From assembly GCF_054482525.1 (NCBI RefSeq), contig NZ_CM137006.1: a stretch of DNA of 64,000 bases; one strand, written 5' to 3'. Each line of letters starts with the position of its first letter. The stretch's first letter is position 1. Of this stretch, positions 1-10,098 are shown one piece after another. The notes under the pieces are model-generated. The model was given only the letters and a program-made list of their open reading frames with translations. It had not been told where the DNA came from and did no database searches. The translations under genes were made by a program, and so were the position numbers.

Positions 1-96
1 GTGTATATGGAAAACGGTCATATAGTAGAACAAGGCGACGCGAGCTGCTTTACCGAGCCGCAAACCGAAGCATTTAAAAACTATCTCTCTCACTAA
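1..96 (+). CDS. artP: Arginine ABC transporter ATP-binding protein ArtP, C-terminal fragment (5' end outside window)
   Basis: Frame 1 reads ...[28 protein letters not shown] then TAA; it sits immediately upstream of artI as in the art operon. Confidence 0.8.
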
Positions 97-113
97 TATT
101 CGGGATAACAACA

Positions 114-845
114 ATGAAAAAAGTTCTGATTGCCGCGTTAATTGCAGGTTTTAGTCTTTCCGCCACAGCTGCCGAAACCATTCGTTTTGCTACCGAAGCC
201 TCCTATCCTCCGTTTGAATCGATTGATGCAAACAACCAGATCGTTGGTTTTGACGTCGACCTGGCACAGGCGCTGTGTAAAGAGATTGATGCAACCTGTA
301 CTTTCTCTAACCAGGCGTTTGACAGCCTGATCCCAAGCCTGAAATTCCGTCGCGTAGAAGCAGTGATGGCGGGCATGGATATCACTCCGGAGCGTGAAAA
401 GCAGGTGCTGTTTACCACGCCGTACTATGACAACTCTGCCCTGTTTGTGGGTCAGCAAGGCAAATACACCAGTGTTGATCAGCTGAAAGGCAAAAAAGTC
501 GGCGTTCAGAACGGGACGACACACCAGAAGTTCATTATGGATAAGCACCCGGAAATCACCACCGTTCCGTATGACAGCTACCAGAACGCAAAACTGGATC
601 TGCAAAACGGTCGTATCGACAGCGTATTCGGTGACACCGCAGTGGTCACCGAGTGGCTGAAAGACAACCCGAAACTGGCGGCAGTGGGCGATAAAGTGAC
701 CGATAAAGATTACTTCGGTACTGGCCTCGGCATCGCAGTACGCCAGGGCAACACTGAACTGCAGCAGAAACTCAACACTGCGCTGGAAAAAGTGAAGAAA
801 GATGGCACTTACGAAACCATCTACAACAAATGGTTCCAGAAGTAA
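114..845 (+). CDS. artI: Arginine-binding periplasmic protein ArtI
   Basis: 243-aa ORF with signal peptide and family-3 solute-binding fold; first gene after artP; paralog of the ORF at 2462. Confidence 0.9.
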   Translation: MKKVLIAALIAGFSLSATAAETIRFATEASYPPFESIDANNQIVGFDVDLAQALCKEIDATCTFSNQAFDSLIPSLKFRRVEAVMAGMDITPEREKQVLFTTPYYDNSALFVGQQGKYTSVDQLKGKKVGVQNGTTHQKFIMDKHPEITTVPYDSYQNAKLDLQNGRIDSVFGDTAVVTEWLKDNPKLAAVGDKVTDKDYFGTGLGIAVRQGNTELQQKLNTALEKVKKDGTYETIYNKWFQK

Positions 846-851
846 TTCCTG

Positions 852-1568
852 ATGAATGAATTTTTTCCTTTAGCAAGCGCCGCCGGGATGACCGTCGGCC
901 TTGCCGTTTGTGCATTGATTGTCGGGCTGGCGCTGGCGATGTTCTTTGCGGTATGGGAGTCTGCGAAATGGCGTCCTGTCGCGTGGGCAGGTTCAGCGCT
1001 GGTAACCATTCTGCGTGGCCTGCCAGAAATTCTGGTGGTGCTGTTTATCTATTTTGGCTCCTCGCAGCTGCTGCTGACGCTTTCGGATGGCTTCACCATC
1101 AATCTTGGGTTCGTGCAGATCCCGGTGCAGATGGACATTGAGAACTTCGACGTTAGCCCGTTCCTTTGTGGTGTCATCGCTCTGTCACTGCTGTATGCCG
1201 CCTATGCCTCGCAAACGCTGCGCGGCGCGTTGAAAGCGGTGCCGGTGGGCCAGTGGGAATCTGGTCAGGCGCTGGGGCTGTCGAAATCGGCTATCTTTTT
1301 CCGTCTGGTGATGCCGCAGATGTGGCGTCATGCGCTGCCTGGTCTCGGTAACCAGTGGCTGGTGCTGCTGAAAGATACCGCGCTGGTCAGTTTGATTAGT
1401 GTGAATGATTTAATGCTGCAAACCAAAAGCATCGCTACCCGTACCCAGGAACCGTTTACCTGGTACATTGTGGCGGCGGCGATTTACCTGGTGATCACCC
1501 TGCTCAGTCAGTACATTCTCAAACGCATTGACCTGCGCGCGACACGTTTTGAGCGGAGGCCCAGCTAA
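852..1568 (+). CDS. artQ: Arginine ABC transporter permease ArtQ
   Basis: 238-aa polar amino-acid permease; position in operon. Confidence 0.9.
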
Positions 1569-2236
1569 TGTTTGAGTATTTACCCGAACTGATGAAAGGG
1601 CTGCACACCAGCCTGACGCTAACCGTTGCCTCGCTGATTGTGGCACTGATTCTGGCATTGATTTTTACCATCATCCTGACACTGAAAACGCCGGTACTGG
1701 TGTGGCTGGTGCGGGGTTATATCACGCTGTTTACCGGTACGCCGCTGCTGGTGCAGATCTTCCTGATTTATTACGGGCCGGGCCAGTTCCCGACGTTGCA
1801 GGAGTATCCGGCACTGTGGCATCTGTTGTCAGAACCGTGGTTATGTGCGCTGATTGCGTTATCGCTGAACAGTGCGGCGTATACCACGCAGCTGTTTTAC
1901 GGTGCAATTCGTGCGATCCCGGAAGGTCAGTGGCAGTCCTGTAGCGCCCTGGGAATGAGCAAAAAAGATACGCTAGCGATCCTGCTGCCGTATGCCTTTA
2001 AACGCTCGCTCTCTTCTTATTCCAACGAAGTGGTGCTGGTGTTCAAAAGTACCTCTCTGGCTTACACCATTACGCTGATGGAAGTGATGGGATACAGCCA
2101 GTTGTTGTACGGACGCACCTACGATGTCATGGTGTTCGGTGCGGCAGGGATTATTTACCTGATTGTTAACGGTCTGTTGACGCTGATGATGCGTCTGATC
2201 GAGCGCAAAGCACTGGCATTCGAACGGCGGAATTAA
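1568..2236 (+). CDS. artM: Arginine ABC transporter permease ArtM
   Basis: 222-aa permease; ATG overlaps artQ TAA by 1 nt (translational coupling). Confidence 0.9.
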   Translation: MFEYLPELMKGLHTSLTLTVASLIVALILALIFTIILTLKTPVLVWLVRGYITLFTGTPLLVQIFLIYYGPGQFPTLQEYPALWHLLSEPWLCALIALSLNSAAYTTQLFYGAIRAIPEGQWQSCSALGMSKKDTLAILLPYAFKRSLSSYSNEVVLVFKSTSLAYTITLMEVMGYSQLLYGRTYDVMVFGAAGIIYLIVNGLLTLMMRLIERKALAFERRN

Positions 2237-2252
2237 TGTAGCTGCGTGCTGA

Positions 2253-2288
2253 TGCCGGATGCGTCGTGGACGTCTTACCCGACCTGCA
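2253..2288. repeat. REP (repetitive extragenic palindromic) element, degenerate
   Basis: gatgccggatgcgtcgtggacgtcttacccgacctgc resembles the REP consensus GCCGGATGCG...CTTATCCGGCCTAC; intergenic artM-artJ. Confidence 0.55.
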
Positions 2289-2311
2289 TAGTGCATAAAT
2301 TCTTATAATGA

Positions 2312-2348
2312 AGACGGACAACTCACTAAGTTGTCCGTCTTTTTTTAT
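2312..2348 (+). terminator. Intrinsic terminator downstream of artM
   Basis: Hairpin agacggacaactcactaagttgtccgtct followed by a T run. Confidence 0.75.
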
Positions 2349-2461
2349 TTCATTTAAATTATTTAATCATATTTATTGCATATAAATTCACTTGATGGCA
2401 TTGTTATCCCATGCCGCAGACACGGCCAAAAATCATAAGATTGACAGACGGGAGTTCCATC

Positions 2462-3193
2462 ATGAAAAAGTTAGTTCTTGCCGCTTTACTTGCTTCCTTT
2501 ACTTTCGGTGCTTCTGCCGCAGAGAAAATCAATTTTGGCGTTTCAGCCACCTATCCCCCCTTTGAATCTATAGGTGCTAATAATGAGATTGTCGGCTTTG
2601 ATATCGACCTGGCAAAAGCCTTGTGCAAACAAATGCAGGCAGAATGTACTTTTACTAATCACGCGTTCGACAGCCTGATCCCGTCACTGAAATTCAGAAA
2701 ATATGACGCCGTAATCTCCGGTATGGATATCACCCCGGAGCGTAGCAAACAGGTATCGTTTACCACGCCCTACTATGAAAACTCAGCCGTCGTGATTGCC
2801 AAAAAAGATACCTACAAAACGTTTGCCGATCTGAAAGGCAAACGTATTGGGATGGAAAACGGTACTACGCACCAGAAATATATTCAGGATCAGCACCCGG
2901 AAGTGAAAACTGTCTCCTATGACAGTTATCAGAATGCCTTTATCGATCTGAAAAATGGTCGTATTGATGGGGTATTTGGTGACACAGCGGTGGTTAATGA
3001 ATGGCTGAAAACCAACCCGCAACTGGGCGTTGCGACTGAAAAAGTGACCGATCCGCAATACTTCGGCACCGGCCTGGGTATCGCTGTACGTCCGGATAAC
3101 AAAGCTCTGCTGGAAAAACTGAATAACGCGCTGGCAGCAATTAAAGCTGACGGTACATATCAGAAAATCAATGACCAGTGGTTCCCACAGTAA
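2462..3193 (+). CDS. artJ: Arginine-binding periplasmic protein ArtJ
   Basis: ATG at 2462 (MKKLVLAALL...) gives 243 aa; paralog of ArtI; separate transcription unit after the artM terminator. Confidence 0.9.
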   Translation: MKKLVLAALLASFTFGASAAEKINFGVSATYPPFESIGANNEIVGFDIDLAKALCKQMQAECTFTNHAFDSLIPSLKFRKYDAVISGMDITPERSKQVSFTTPYYENSAVVIAKKDTYKTFADLKGKRIGMENGTTHQKYIQDQHPEVKTVSYDSYQNAFIDLKNGRIDGVFGDTAVVNEWLKTNPQLGVATEKVTDPQYFGTGLGIAVRPDNKALLEKLNNALAAIKADGTYQKINDQWFPQ

Positions 3194-3197
3194 GATT

Positions 3198-3228
3198 CAG
3201 AAAGCCGCACCTGCGGCTTTTTTATTGC
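3198..3228. terminator. Bidirectional intrinsic terminator shared by artJ and rlmC
   Basis: Hairpin aaagccgcacctgcggcttt flanked by A/T runs between convergent genes. Confidence 0.7.
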
Positions 3229-4349
3229 TTCACCAGCAGCGTCAGCACTTCATAGTGCGCGGTGTGCGGGAACATATCAAAAAGCTGTACCCGTTCGATG
3301 CGGTAACCTGGCAGTTCGCGGATATCTTTCGCCATGGTTTGGGCGTTACAGCTGGAGTAGATAATAAAACGCGGTGCCATCGTTGAGAGATAATCACACA
3401 GCGGTTTACCAATGCCGCGGCGCGGCGGGTTAACCAGCACCAGCTCCGGCACTTCCCCCTGGGCGGTGGCAAACTGAGTGGAGTCCAGCGCCTGAAATTG
3501 CAAACGCGTTAAGCCCAGTTCAGCAGCTGACTGATTCGCACAGGCAATGGCCTCTGGTGCAATTTCGATCCCGGTTAACTGCATGTCAAGCGTCGCGCAG
3601 TGTAAACCAAAGCCCCCCACGCCGCAGAAGAGATCCCACATATGGTTTACCGGTAGTTGCCGCACCCAGTCGCGCGCGGTAGCGTAAAGCTGGCTGGCGA
3701 CCGCCGGATTGGTCTGGAAGAAACTTTGCGGACGGATCCACAGCGGTACGTCGTTAAAACGCTCTGCCAGCGCCTGTTGTTCGGTCAGGTAGATCTCCGT
3801 CTCCCCTTCCATGATCGCCATATGTACCGGCTGAATATTGACGGTAATAACTTTTAGCTGCGGCAGTTGTTCCTGTAACCACGGCAGCGCCTTACGCAGT
3901 TGCGCCAGTTTGGTTTCAGAACGCAGTACAAAGCGCAGCATCATACCGCCATCGCTCTGGCTTTCGGTCAGCAGAATGTATTTCAGTTCGCCACGCTTAC
4001 GCGCCACGTTGTAGGGCGTTAACCCCGCTCGGGCGATAAACGGTTTTAGCGCCGCAAAAACGGGCGCAAATGAGGCAGGATAAAGCGGGCAGTCACAAAG
4101 GTCTTCTGGTGTGCCGTCTCGATGCAGCATACCGAGCAGTGGTTTTTCAACGCTACCACTCACCACCATTTTGGCTTTATTACGAAACCCTTGTTCCGGG
4201 CCTGACACCGGCGCGCACCATTCCTCAACCGGAAAGTCGGCGAGCAGATTTTTAAGATCGGCGGTTTTAGCGGAGAGTTGCTCTGGAATCGGCTGCGTTA
4301 TCCACTGACAGGAACGACAGCGACCCGCGTCGTAAAGTGCGCACTGCAT
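3222..4349 (-). CDS. rlmC: 23S rRNA (uracil747-C5)-methyltransferase RlmC
   Basis: 375-aa ORF with N-terminal Cys cluster (CRSCQW) and SAM methyltransferase fold; synteny. Confidence 0.88.
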   Translation of the reverse strand: MQCALYDAGRCRSCQWITQPIPEQLSAKTADLKNLLADFPVEEWCAPVSGPEQGFRNKAKMVVSGSVEKPLLGMLHRDGTPEDLCDCPLYPASFAPVFAALKPFIARAGLTPYNVARKRGELKYILLTESQSDGGMMLRFVLRSETKLAQLRKALPWLQEQLPQLKVITVNIQPVHMAIMEGETEIYLTEQQALAERFNDVPLWIRPQSFFQTNPAVASQLYATARDWVRQLPVNHMWDLFCGVGGFGLHCATLDMQLTGIEIAPEAIACANQSAAELGLTRLQFQALDSTQFATAQGEVPELVLVNPPRRGIGKPLCDYLSTMAPRFIIYSSCNAQTMAKDIRELPGYRIERVQLFDMFPHTAHYEVLTLLVKQ

Positions 4350-4389
4350 ACATTGACCTTCACATCATCAGGGGCGACGATTATACACA

Positions 4390-4878
4390 TTATTGCAACT
4401 GGAAGAACCGCCGACTGGTCGAGGGAACGAACAGCAGCATCAGGATGAGCATATCCGGCAGCTTCTGCAGCATCAGGCTATGGAAGATTTCACGTTTTGA
4501 TTCACCGGGAATGCTGAACAGCTCCGGATAACCATACCCCAGCGAAGCCGCCCACAAGTAACTTGCGGCCGTGATTTGTGTCAACAGATACAGCCAGCGC
4601 GCCCAGCGACGCCCTTTCACCAGTGAAAACGCACACCAGATCTCAATAAAAACCAACACCAGACTGCTTAAAAAGACCAGCGTTAAACTCCAGGTTTGTA
4701 CGCTGCGATGAATGAACTCGCCAATACCGCGCACGCCCAGCGTATTGAAAATCATCAGCACGTCGAGGCCACGGATCATAATAATGGCGAGCGCCGCCAC
4801 CTGCACCAGCGCAGGCACATTCAGGCGAGCATGAGATGAAGATGTTTTCTTAAAAAATCCCAACGTTTCGTCTTCCAT
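4390..4878 (-). CDS. ybjO: Inner membrane protein YbjO
   Basis: 162-aa hydrophobic ORF; synteny. Confidence 0.8.
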   Translation of the reverse strand: MEDETLGFFKKTSSSHARLNVPALVQVAALAIIMIRGLDVLMIFNTLGVRGIGEFIHRSVQTWSLTLVFLSSLVLVFIEIWCAFSLVKGRRWARWLYLLTQITAASYLWAASLGYGYPELFSIPGESKREIFHSLMLQKLPDMLILMLLFVPSTSRRFFQLQ

Positions 4879-4937
4879 GAAAACAATGCCGCGACATGCG
4901 CGGCATTATGTAGCCAGGTTGGCAAATTTTAGTGTCT

Positions 4938-5783
4938 TCAGCCACGTCTTGCACGCTGGATGTCGCGTATCCGCTGTTTTTCTGCGCGCGCCATCAGATA
5001 CCAGGCGATAAATCCGACAATTCCGACCGCGCCGAGGATCAATGTTGCCAGGGCGTTGATTTCCGGATTCACCCCCATCCGCACGCTGGAAAAGACCAGC
5101 ATCGGTAACGTGGTGGCTCCCGGCCCGGAAACAAAGCTGGCGATCACCAGATCATCAAGCGACAAAGTAAAAGCCAGTAACCAGCCAGAAATGATCGCGG
5201 GCATGATCATCGGTAGCGTAATGACAAAAAACACTTTCAGTGGCGTCGCACCGAGATCCATCGCTGCTTCTTCTATCGAGCTATCCAGTTCCCGCAGACG
5301 CGACGAAATAACGACTGCCACATAAGCCGTACAGAAAGTGACATGCGCCAGCCAGATGGTGAGCATCCCGCGGTCCGCAGGCCAGCCAATGGCATGAGCA
5401 AGCGCGACGAATAACAACAATAGCGACAAGCCCGTGATGACATCTGGCATCACCAGCGGCGCGGTGATCATAAAGGCAAAACCATTTGATCCGCGAAACC
5501 TGCCAAAGCGCACCAGCACGACCGCCGCAATCGTCCCGAGGATCGCCGCCGCCGTCGCCGCACAGGCCGCAATTGTCAGGCTTAAACCAACCGCACTCAT
5601 CATTGCGTCATCGCGCAATAACTCACCATACCAGCGTGTTGACCAGCCGGCCCACACCGTCACCAGCTTCGAGCTGTTGAATGAATAGATCACCAGCATC
5701 AGCATTGGCGCGTAGAGAAAGGTGAAGCCCAGCAGCAAAATCACAATCCGCCAGGGCGAACGAACTACCGGTAAATTATTCAT
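4938..5783 (-). CDS. potI: Putrescine ABC transporter permease PotI
   Basis: Start at MNNLPVV gives 281 aa; 4-nt overlap with potH. Confidence 0.88.
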   Translation of the reverse strand: MNNLPVVRSPWRIVILLLGFTFLYAPMLMLVIYSFNSSKLVTVWAGWSTRWYGELLRDDAMMSAVGLSLTIAACAATAAAILGTIAAVVLVRFGRFRGSNGFAFMITAPLVMPDVITGLSLLLLFVALAHAIGWPADRGMLTIWLAHVTFCTAYVAVVISSRLRELDSSIEEAAMDLGATPLKVFFVITLPMIMPAIISGWLLAFTLSLDDLVIASFVSGPGATTLPMLVFSSVRMGVNPEINALATLILGAVGIVGFIAWYLMARAEKQRIRDIQRARRG

Positions 5784-6724
5784 CCGTGTTCTCCCACGCT
5801 TTTTTGCTGATGCTTGTGGAACCACATTATCGGCACAATTAGCAGCAGCAACATGATGATCGCTACCGCTGAGGCCACCGGCCAGTCGCGATTGTTAAAG
5901 AACTCCTGCCATAGCACGCGCCCGATCATGATGCTGTCCGGGCCACCGAGCAGTTCAGGGATCACAAACTCGCCCACAGCCGGGATAAACACCAGCATCG
6001 ATCCGGCAATAATCCCGCCTTTGGTCAGCGGCACGATCACAGTAAAGAACGTTTTCAGCGGTCTTGCACCGAGATCCAGTGCCGCTTCCACCAGCGAATA
6101 ATCAATACGAATCAACGCGGTATAAATCGGCAGCACCATAAACGGCACATAGGCGTAAACAATGCCAATATAAACGGCCAGATTGGTATGCAGAATGGTC
6201 AGAGGTTGATCGATAACCCCCAGCCACAGCAGAAAATTATTCAGCACGCCGTTATTTTTTAATATTCCCATCCAGGCATAAACGCGGATCAGAAACGAGG
6301 TCCACGACGGCAGGATCACCAGTAGTAATAAGATATTACGGGTCGAGGGCTTACTGTGCGCCACCGCCCACGCCAGCGGATAGCCGATCAGTAAACAGCA
6401 AATAGTCGAAATCGCCGCCACCTGTAGCGACTGGAGATAAGCATCGAAATAGAGCGGATCGTCGGTCAGTTGCAGGAAATTACCGAGATTAAGAGTGATG
6501 GAAAGTTGCCCGTCAGCCCACTCCATCAGTTCGGTATAAGGTGGAATGGCGCGCGCCATCTCCGCCAGGCTTATTTTAAAAACGATCAGAAATGGCAGCA
6601 GAAACAGCAGGATTAGCCAGATATAGGGCAGCGCAATCACCAGTTTTCGCCCATGCTTCATTTGCAACTGCGACAGCCACAGCTTAAAGGGTTTTGGCTG
6701 GGCAGCAGGTTCAAGTGTACTCAT
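5780..6724 (-). CDS. potH: Putrescine ABC transporter permease PotH
   Basis: 314-aa permease; GGAG ribosome-binding site 8 nt upstream of the ATG. Confidence 0.88.
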   Translation of the reverse strand: MSTLEPAAQPKPFKLWLSQLQMKHGRKLVIALPYIWLILLFLLPFLIVFKISLAEMARAIPPYTELMEWADGQLSITLNLGNFLQLTDDPLYFDAYLQSLQVAAISTICCLLIGYPLAWAVAHSKPSTRNILLLLVILPSWTSFLIRVYAWMGILKNNGVLNNFLLWLGVIDQPLTILHTNLAVYIGIVYAYVPFMVLPIYTALIRIDYSLVEAALDLGARPLKTFFTVIVPLTKGGIIAGSMLVFIPAVGEFVIPELLGGPDSIMIGRVLWQEFFNNRDWPVASAVAIIMLLLLIVPIMWFHKHQQKSVGEHG

Positions 6725-6733
6725 CTTTGCTCC

Positions 6734-7867
6734 TTAAACCGTCAGCACCACACAGCTGTCCACTTCCCAGCACAAACGCACTTCGTCGCCCCAGGTCGGT
6801 AACCCTTTACGATGACGATGGGCGTTTTGTAGCTGGGCGCTAATCATCTGCCCACTTTTCAGACGAACGTGATACACCGAAAGATCGCCGAGATAGGCAA
6901 TGTGTATCACCTCCCCCACCGCGAAGTTACAACCATTGGCGGGCGGCTCTTCGCAAAGCATGATTTTTTCCGGACGCAGCGCTACGTGTACCGGCACGTT
7001 ATCAACCACTGAAGCATCTGCATCGACTTTCAGTGGGTGCACCAGTCCCGGCGAATAAAGCACCAGACCATCTTCCTGACGCTCTTTGAGTACACCTTCA
7101 AAGACATTAACCGAACCGATAAATTCAGCGCTATAGCGGGTGGTCGGATGCTCATAGATCTCTTCCGGTTCGCCAATCTGGACAAATTTCCCGCGATTCA
7201 TAATGGCGATACGCCCCGCCATGGTCATCGCCTCTTCCTGATCGTGAGTAACCATCACGCAGGTCACACCGACGCGCTCCAGAATATCCACCACTTCAAG
7301 CTGCATCCGGTCACGCAGCTTTTTATCCAGTGCGCCCATCGGCTCATCGAGCAGTAATAGTTTCGGGCGCTTGGCAAGGCTTCGGGCCAGTGCCACACGC
7401 TGTCGCTGACCGCCGGAAAGCTGATGCGGTTTGCGTTTGGCGAACTCCTGCATATGCACCAGCCCGAGCATCTCATTGACCCGGCTGGCAATTTCCGCTT
7501 TCGGCAATTTGTCCTGTTTCAGGCCAAAAGCGATATTCTGTTCCACGGTCATATGCGGAAACAGCGCGTAAGACTGAAACATCATATTGATGGGGCGCAG
7601 GTAAGGCGGTACCTGTGACAAATCGACGCCATCGAGCATAATCTGCCCGACAGAAGGTTGTTCGAAACCTGCCAGCATACGCAGCAGCGTGGACTTGCCA
7701 CAGCCGGATGCGCCCAGCAGCGCGAAGATTTCACCTTTGTAGATGGTCAGGCTGACATCATCCACCGCATGTTGACCATCGTAGGATTTGGTGAGGTTGC
7801 GGATTTCTAATAGCGGCGTCAGCGCCTTACGGGTTTTCGCCTGCGGGCGAGGGATAGCGTCATTCAC
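6734..7867 (-). CDS. potG: Putrescine ABC transporter ATP-binding protein PotG
   Basis: 377 aa; Walker A GASGCGKST and ABC signature LSGGQRQR. Confidence 0.9.
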   Translation of the reverse strand: MNDAIPRPQAKTRKALTPLLEIRNLTKSYDGQHAVDDVSLTIYKGEIFALLGASGCGKSTLLRMLAGFEQPSVGQIMLDGVDLSQVPPYLRPINMMFQSYALFPHMTVEQNIAFGLKQDKLPKAEIASRVNEMLGLVHMQEFAKRKPHQLSGGQRQRVALARSLAKRPKLLLLDEPMGALDKKLRDRMQLEVVDILERVGVTCVMVTHDQEEAMTMAGRIAIMNRGKFVQIGEPEEIYEHPTTRYSAEFIGSVNVFEGVLKERQEDGLVLYSPGLVHPLKVDADASVVDNVPVHVALRPEKIMLCEEPPANGCNFAVGEVIHIAYLGDLSVYHVRLKSGQMISAQLQNAHRHRKGLPTWGDEVRLCWEVDSCVVLTV

Positions 7868-7998
7868 GGCTGCTCTCCGGCATTGAATGTGTGCAAGCGC
7901 ACCATAATGGTGCGAATTGCCGGCGGGTGTGGTGCGCCTGTCCGGCAGATTAATTTGTCGCAGAACGTCTATTGCTGGCTATCTGTAGGCTGGAACCA

Positions 7999-8038
7999 TC
8001 CCCTCTCCCCTTTGGGGAGAGGGTTAGGGTGAGGGGAA
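7999..8038. repeat. Box C-like intergenic repeat, copy 1
   Basis: tcccctctcccctttggggagagggttagggtgagggg; a near-identical copy lies at 61451-61487. Confidence 0.5.
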
Positions 8039-8071
8039 GCCCCGTCATACCTGTTCAGCAATCTGAACTGA

Positions 8072-9184
8072 TTATTTTCCGCTCTTCACTTTGGTCCACG
8101 CGCGGGTGCGCACACGGTCTATTTTTGGATCCTGCACTTTCAGAGTGAACAACTTCGCACGAACGTCCGCCGGAGGATAAATCCCTGGATTATCACGCAC
8201 TTCCGCGCTTACCAGCGGCGTAGCTTCTTTGTTCGCGTTGGCATAGAACACATGGTCGGAAATATGCGCCACCACATCCGGGCGCAGCAGGTAATTCAGG
8301 AATTGATAGGCTTCGTCTTTATTTTTGGCATCCGCAGGCATGGCGAAGACATCAAAGAACGCCATCGCCCCTTCTTTCGGAATCGAGAACGAGACATTAA
8401 CGCCATTCTTCGCTTCCTTCGCGCGGTTTGACGCCTGCCAGACATCGCCCGCCCAGCCAATAGCGACGCAGATATCGCCGTTTGCCAGGTCGTTAATGTA
8501 TTGAGATGAATGGAAATAACGAATGTTCGGGCGCAGCTTTAACAGCAGATCGGTTGCCGGTCCGGTGTAATCATCTGCTTTAGTGCTGTTGGGATCTTTA
8601 CCGAGATAATTCAGCACGGTAGCAAACACTTCTTCCGGTGCATCAAGGAAAGAGACACCGCAGCTTTTCAGTTTTTCCAGATTTTCAGGTTTGAGGATCA
8701 AGTCCCAGCTATCGACGGGCGCGTTTTCGCCCAGCACCGCTTTGACTTTATCGACGTTATAGCCAATCCCGGTTGTCGCCCACATATAGGGCATAGCAAA
8801 TTTATTATCCGGGTCGTGTTTGGCAACCAACTTCAGCAGTTCCGGGTCGAGATTCTTCCACTCCGGCAATTTGCTTTTGTCCAGCGGCTGGAAAACTCCC
8901 GCAGTCAACTGGCGTTCAAGAAAGCTTGCTGACGGCACCACCAGGTCAAAGCCGGTGCTACCCGCCATTAATTTGCCTTCCAGTACTTCGTTAGAGTCGA
9001 AAACATCGTAGACGACTTTAATACCGGTTTCTTTTTCAAAATTGGCCACCGTGTCCGGGGCGATATAATCAGACCAGTTATAAATGTGGAGTGTTTTTTG
9101 TTCAGCCGCGAGCGTACCGACAGAGACGGCCATCAGAGCACCCGCAACCAGACCCGATAGCCATTTTTTATTTAAGGCGGTCAT
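8072..9184 (-). CDS. potF: Putrescine-binding periplasmic protein PotF
   Basis: Start at MTALNKKWLSG gives 370 aa with signal peptide. Confidence 0.9.
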   Translation of the reverse strand: MTALNKKWLSGLVAGALMAVSVGTLAAEQKTLHIYNWSDYIAPDTVANFEKETGIKVVYDVFDSNEVLEGKLMAGSTGFDLVVPSASFLERQLTAGVFQPLDKSKLPEWKNLDPELLKLVAKHDPDNKFAMPYMWATTGIGYNVDKVKAVLGENAPVDSWDLILKPENLEKLKSCGVSFLDAPEEVFATVLNYLGKDPNSTKADDYTGPATDLLLKLRPNIRYFHSSQYINDLANGDICVAIGWAGDVWQASNRAKEAKNGVNVSFSIPKEGAMAFFDVFAMPADAKNKDEAYQFLNYLLRPDVVAHISDHVFYANANKEATPLVSAEVRDNPGIYPPADVRAKLFTLKVQDPKIDRVRTRAWTKVKSGK

Positions 9185-9534
9185 ATCTCTTTCCTTCTGA
9201 AAGTTCGTTAACAAACGAACAAAAGTTGTCACACTGAAAGATATGCAATAAACGTGCATATTTTTTATCGGCGCGGTGTAAGAAAAGAGAACTCTCTCCC
9301 GGCCAGCACTGCTCGCTATATAAAAGCATCGCAAGAATAACTTTAGCCAGGGTTTGAGACTATAGCTCGGATTAAAAAACGGTATTTAACAAATTTTTAT
9401 GCGTATTTGCTCTATGTGATAAAGCCAAATCGGCACAAGAGAAGTGAAATAATCTTTAAGAAAAGGTTAAAAACAGCAGATAATTTTGCAGCACGCAGTC
9501 ACTGCGGCAGCGACTGCGTACTCGAAAGGAGTTA

Positions 9535-10011
9535 TCAGTGGAGGAAATAGTTTTCGGTAACGTTGTTTTGCCCTTCATCGTCAGTCGGTAACAGCAGTTG
9601 ATGGGCATTAGCTTCAAGAATGACCATCGAAATCTGCTCTTCGCTCTGACGCACGAACCATGCAAACTGCTCATAGGTTACGCCCTGCATAACGGATAAA
9701 GACTGGCAAACCACCAGCTTTGGCAGATTATCATCCTGCATATCAAGAAATGCTTTCACGGTCAGCGAACTGGCATTGATGGCTGATAAATCCGCCGCCA
9801 GCGGCAATACGGCTGAAGGTCGGACTTCCGCCATGGCAGAAAACAGGATCGTGTTATCGATCAGATCGATTTTGGCATCAAAGACACCGTCGAAATTCTG
9901 CATATGGGGCAGATGCAGAGCCTGACAGTTATCACATTCAAAAAAACTCATCCCCAGGTCATCGAGCCATTGACGCAACGTATCCAGACCAGGAACGACC
10001 AGCGATGTCAT
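9535..10011 (-). CDS. ybjN: YbjN, putative sensory transduction regulator
   Basis: 158 aa from MTSLVVPGL; synteny. Confidence 0.8.
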   Translation of the reverse strand: MTSLVVPGLDTLRQWLDDLGMSFFECDNCQALHLPHMQNFDGVFDAKIDLIDNTILFSAMAEVRPSAVLPLAADLSAINASSLTVKAFLDMQDDNLPKLVVCQSLSVMQGVTYEQFAWFVRQSEEQISMVILEANAHQLLLPTDDEGQNNVTENYFLH

Positions 10012-10098
10012 AATTTTGTACAACCTCTTTCGATAAAAAGACCGGCACAGCTTACGCAAAAAGCGCAGGCAAAACCATGATCAGTAATGTGATTGCGA

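Noticed and set aside
138-605. Many ORFs in the six-frame track lying antisense to or nested within the annotated genes (for example 138..605, 5434..5688, 10169..10531, 36658..37038, 45027..45461, 49687..50223)
   Set aside because: They are shadow ORFs of GC-rich coding sequence on the opposite strand or in alternative frames, with no ribosome-binding site or recognisable domain; the overlapping genes are well-supported core genes.
5780-6724. Possible length discrepancy of PotH (314 aa here against a remembered 317 aa)
   Set aside because: The ATG at 6724 has a good ribosome-binding site and an in-frame stop immediately upstream; my recollection of the K-12 length is uncertain, so I did not flag it.
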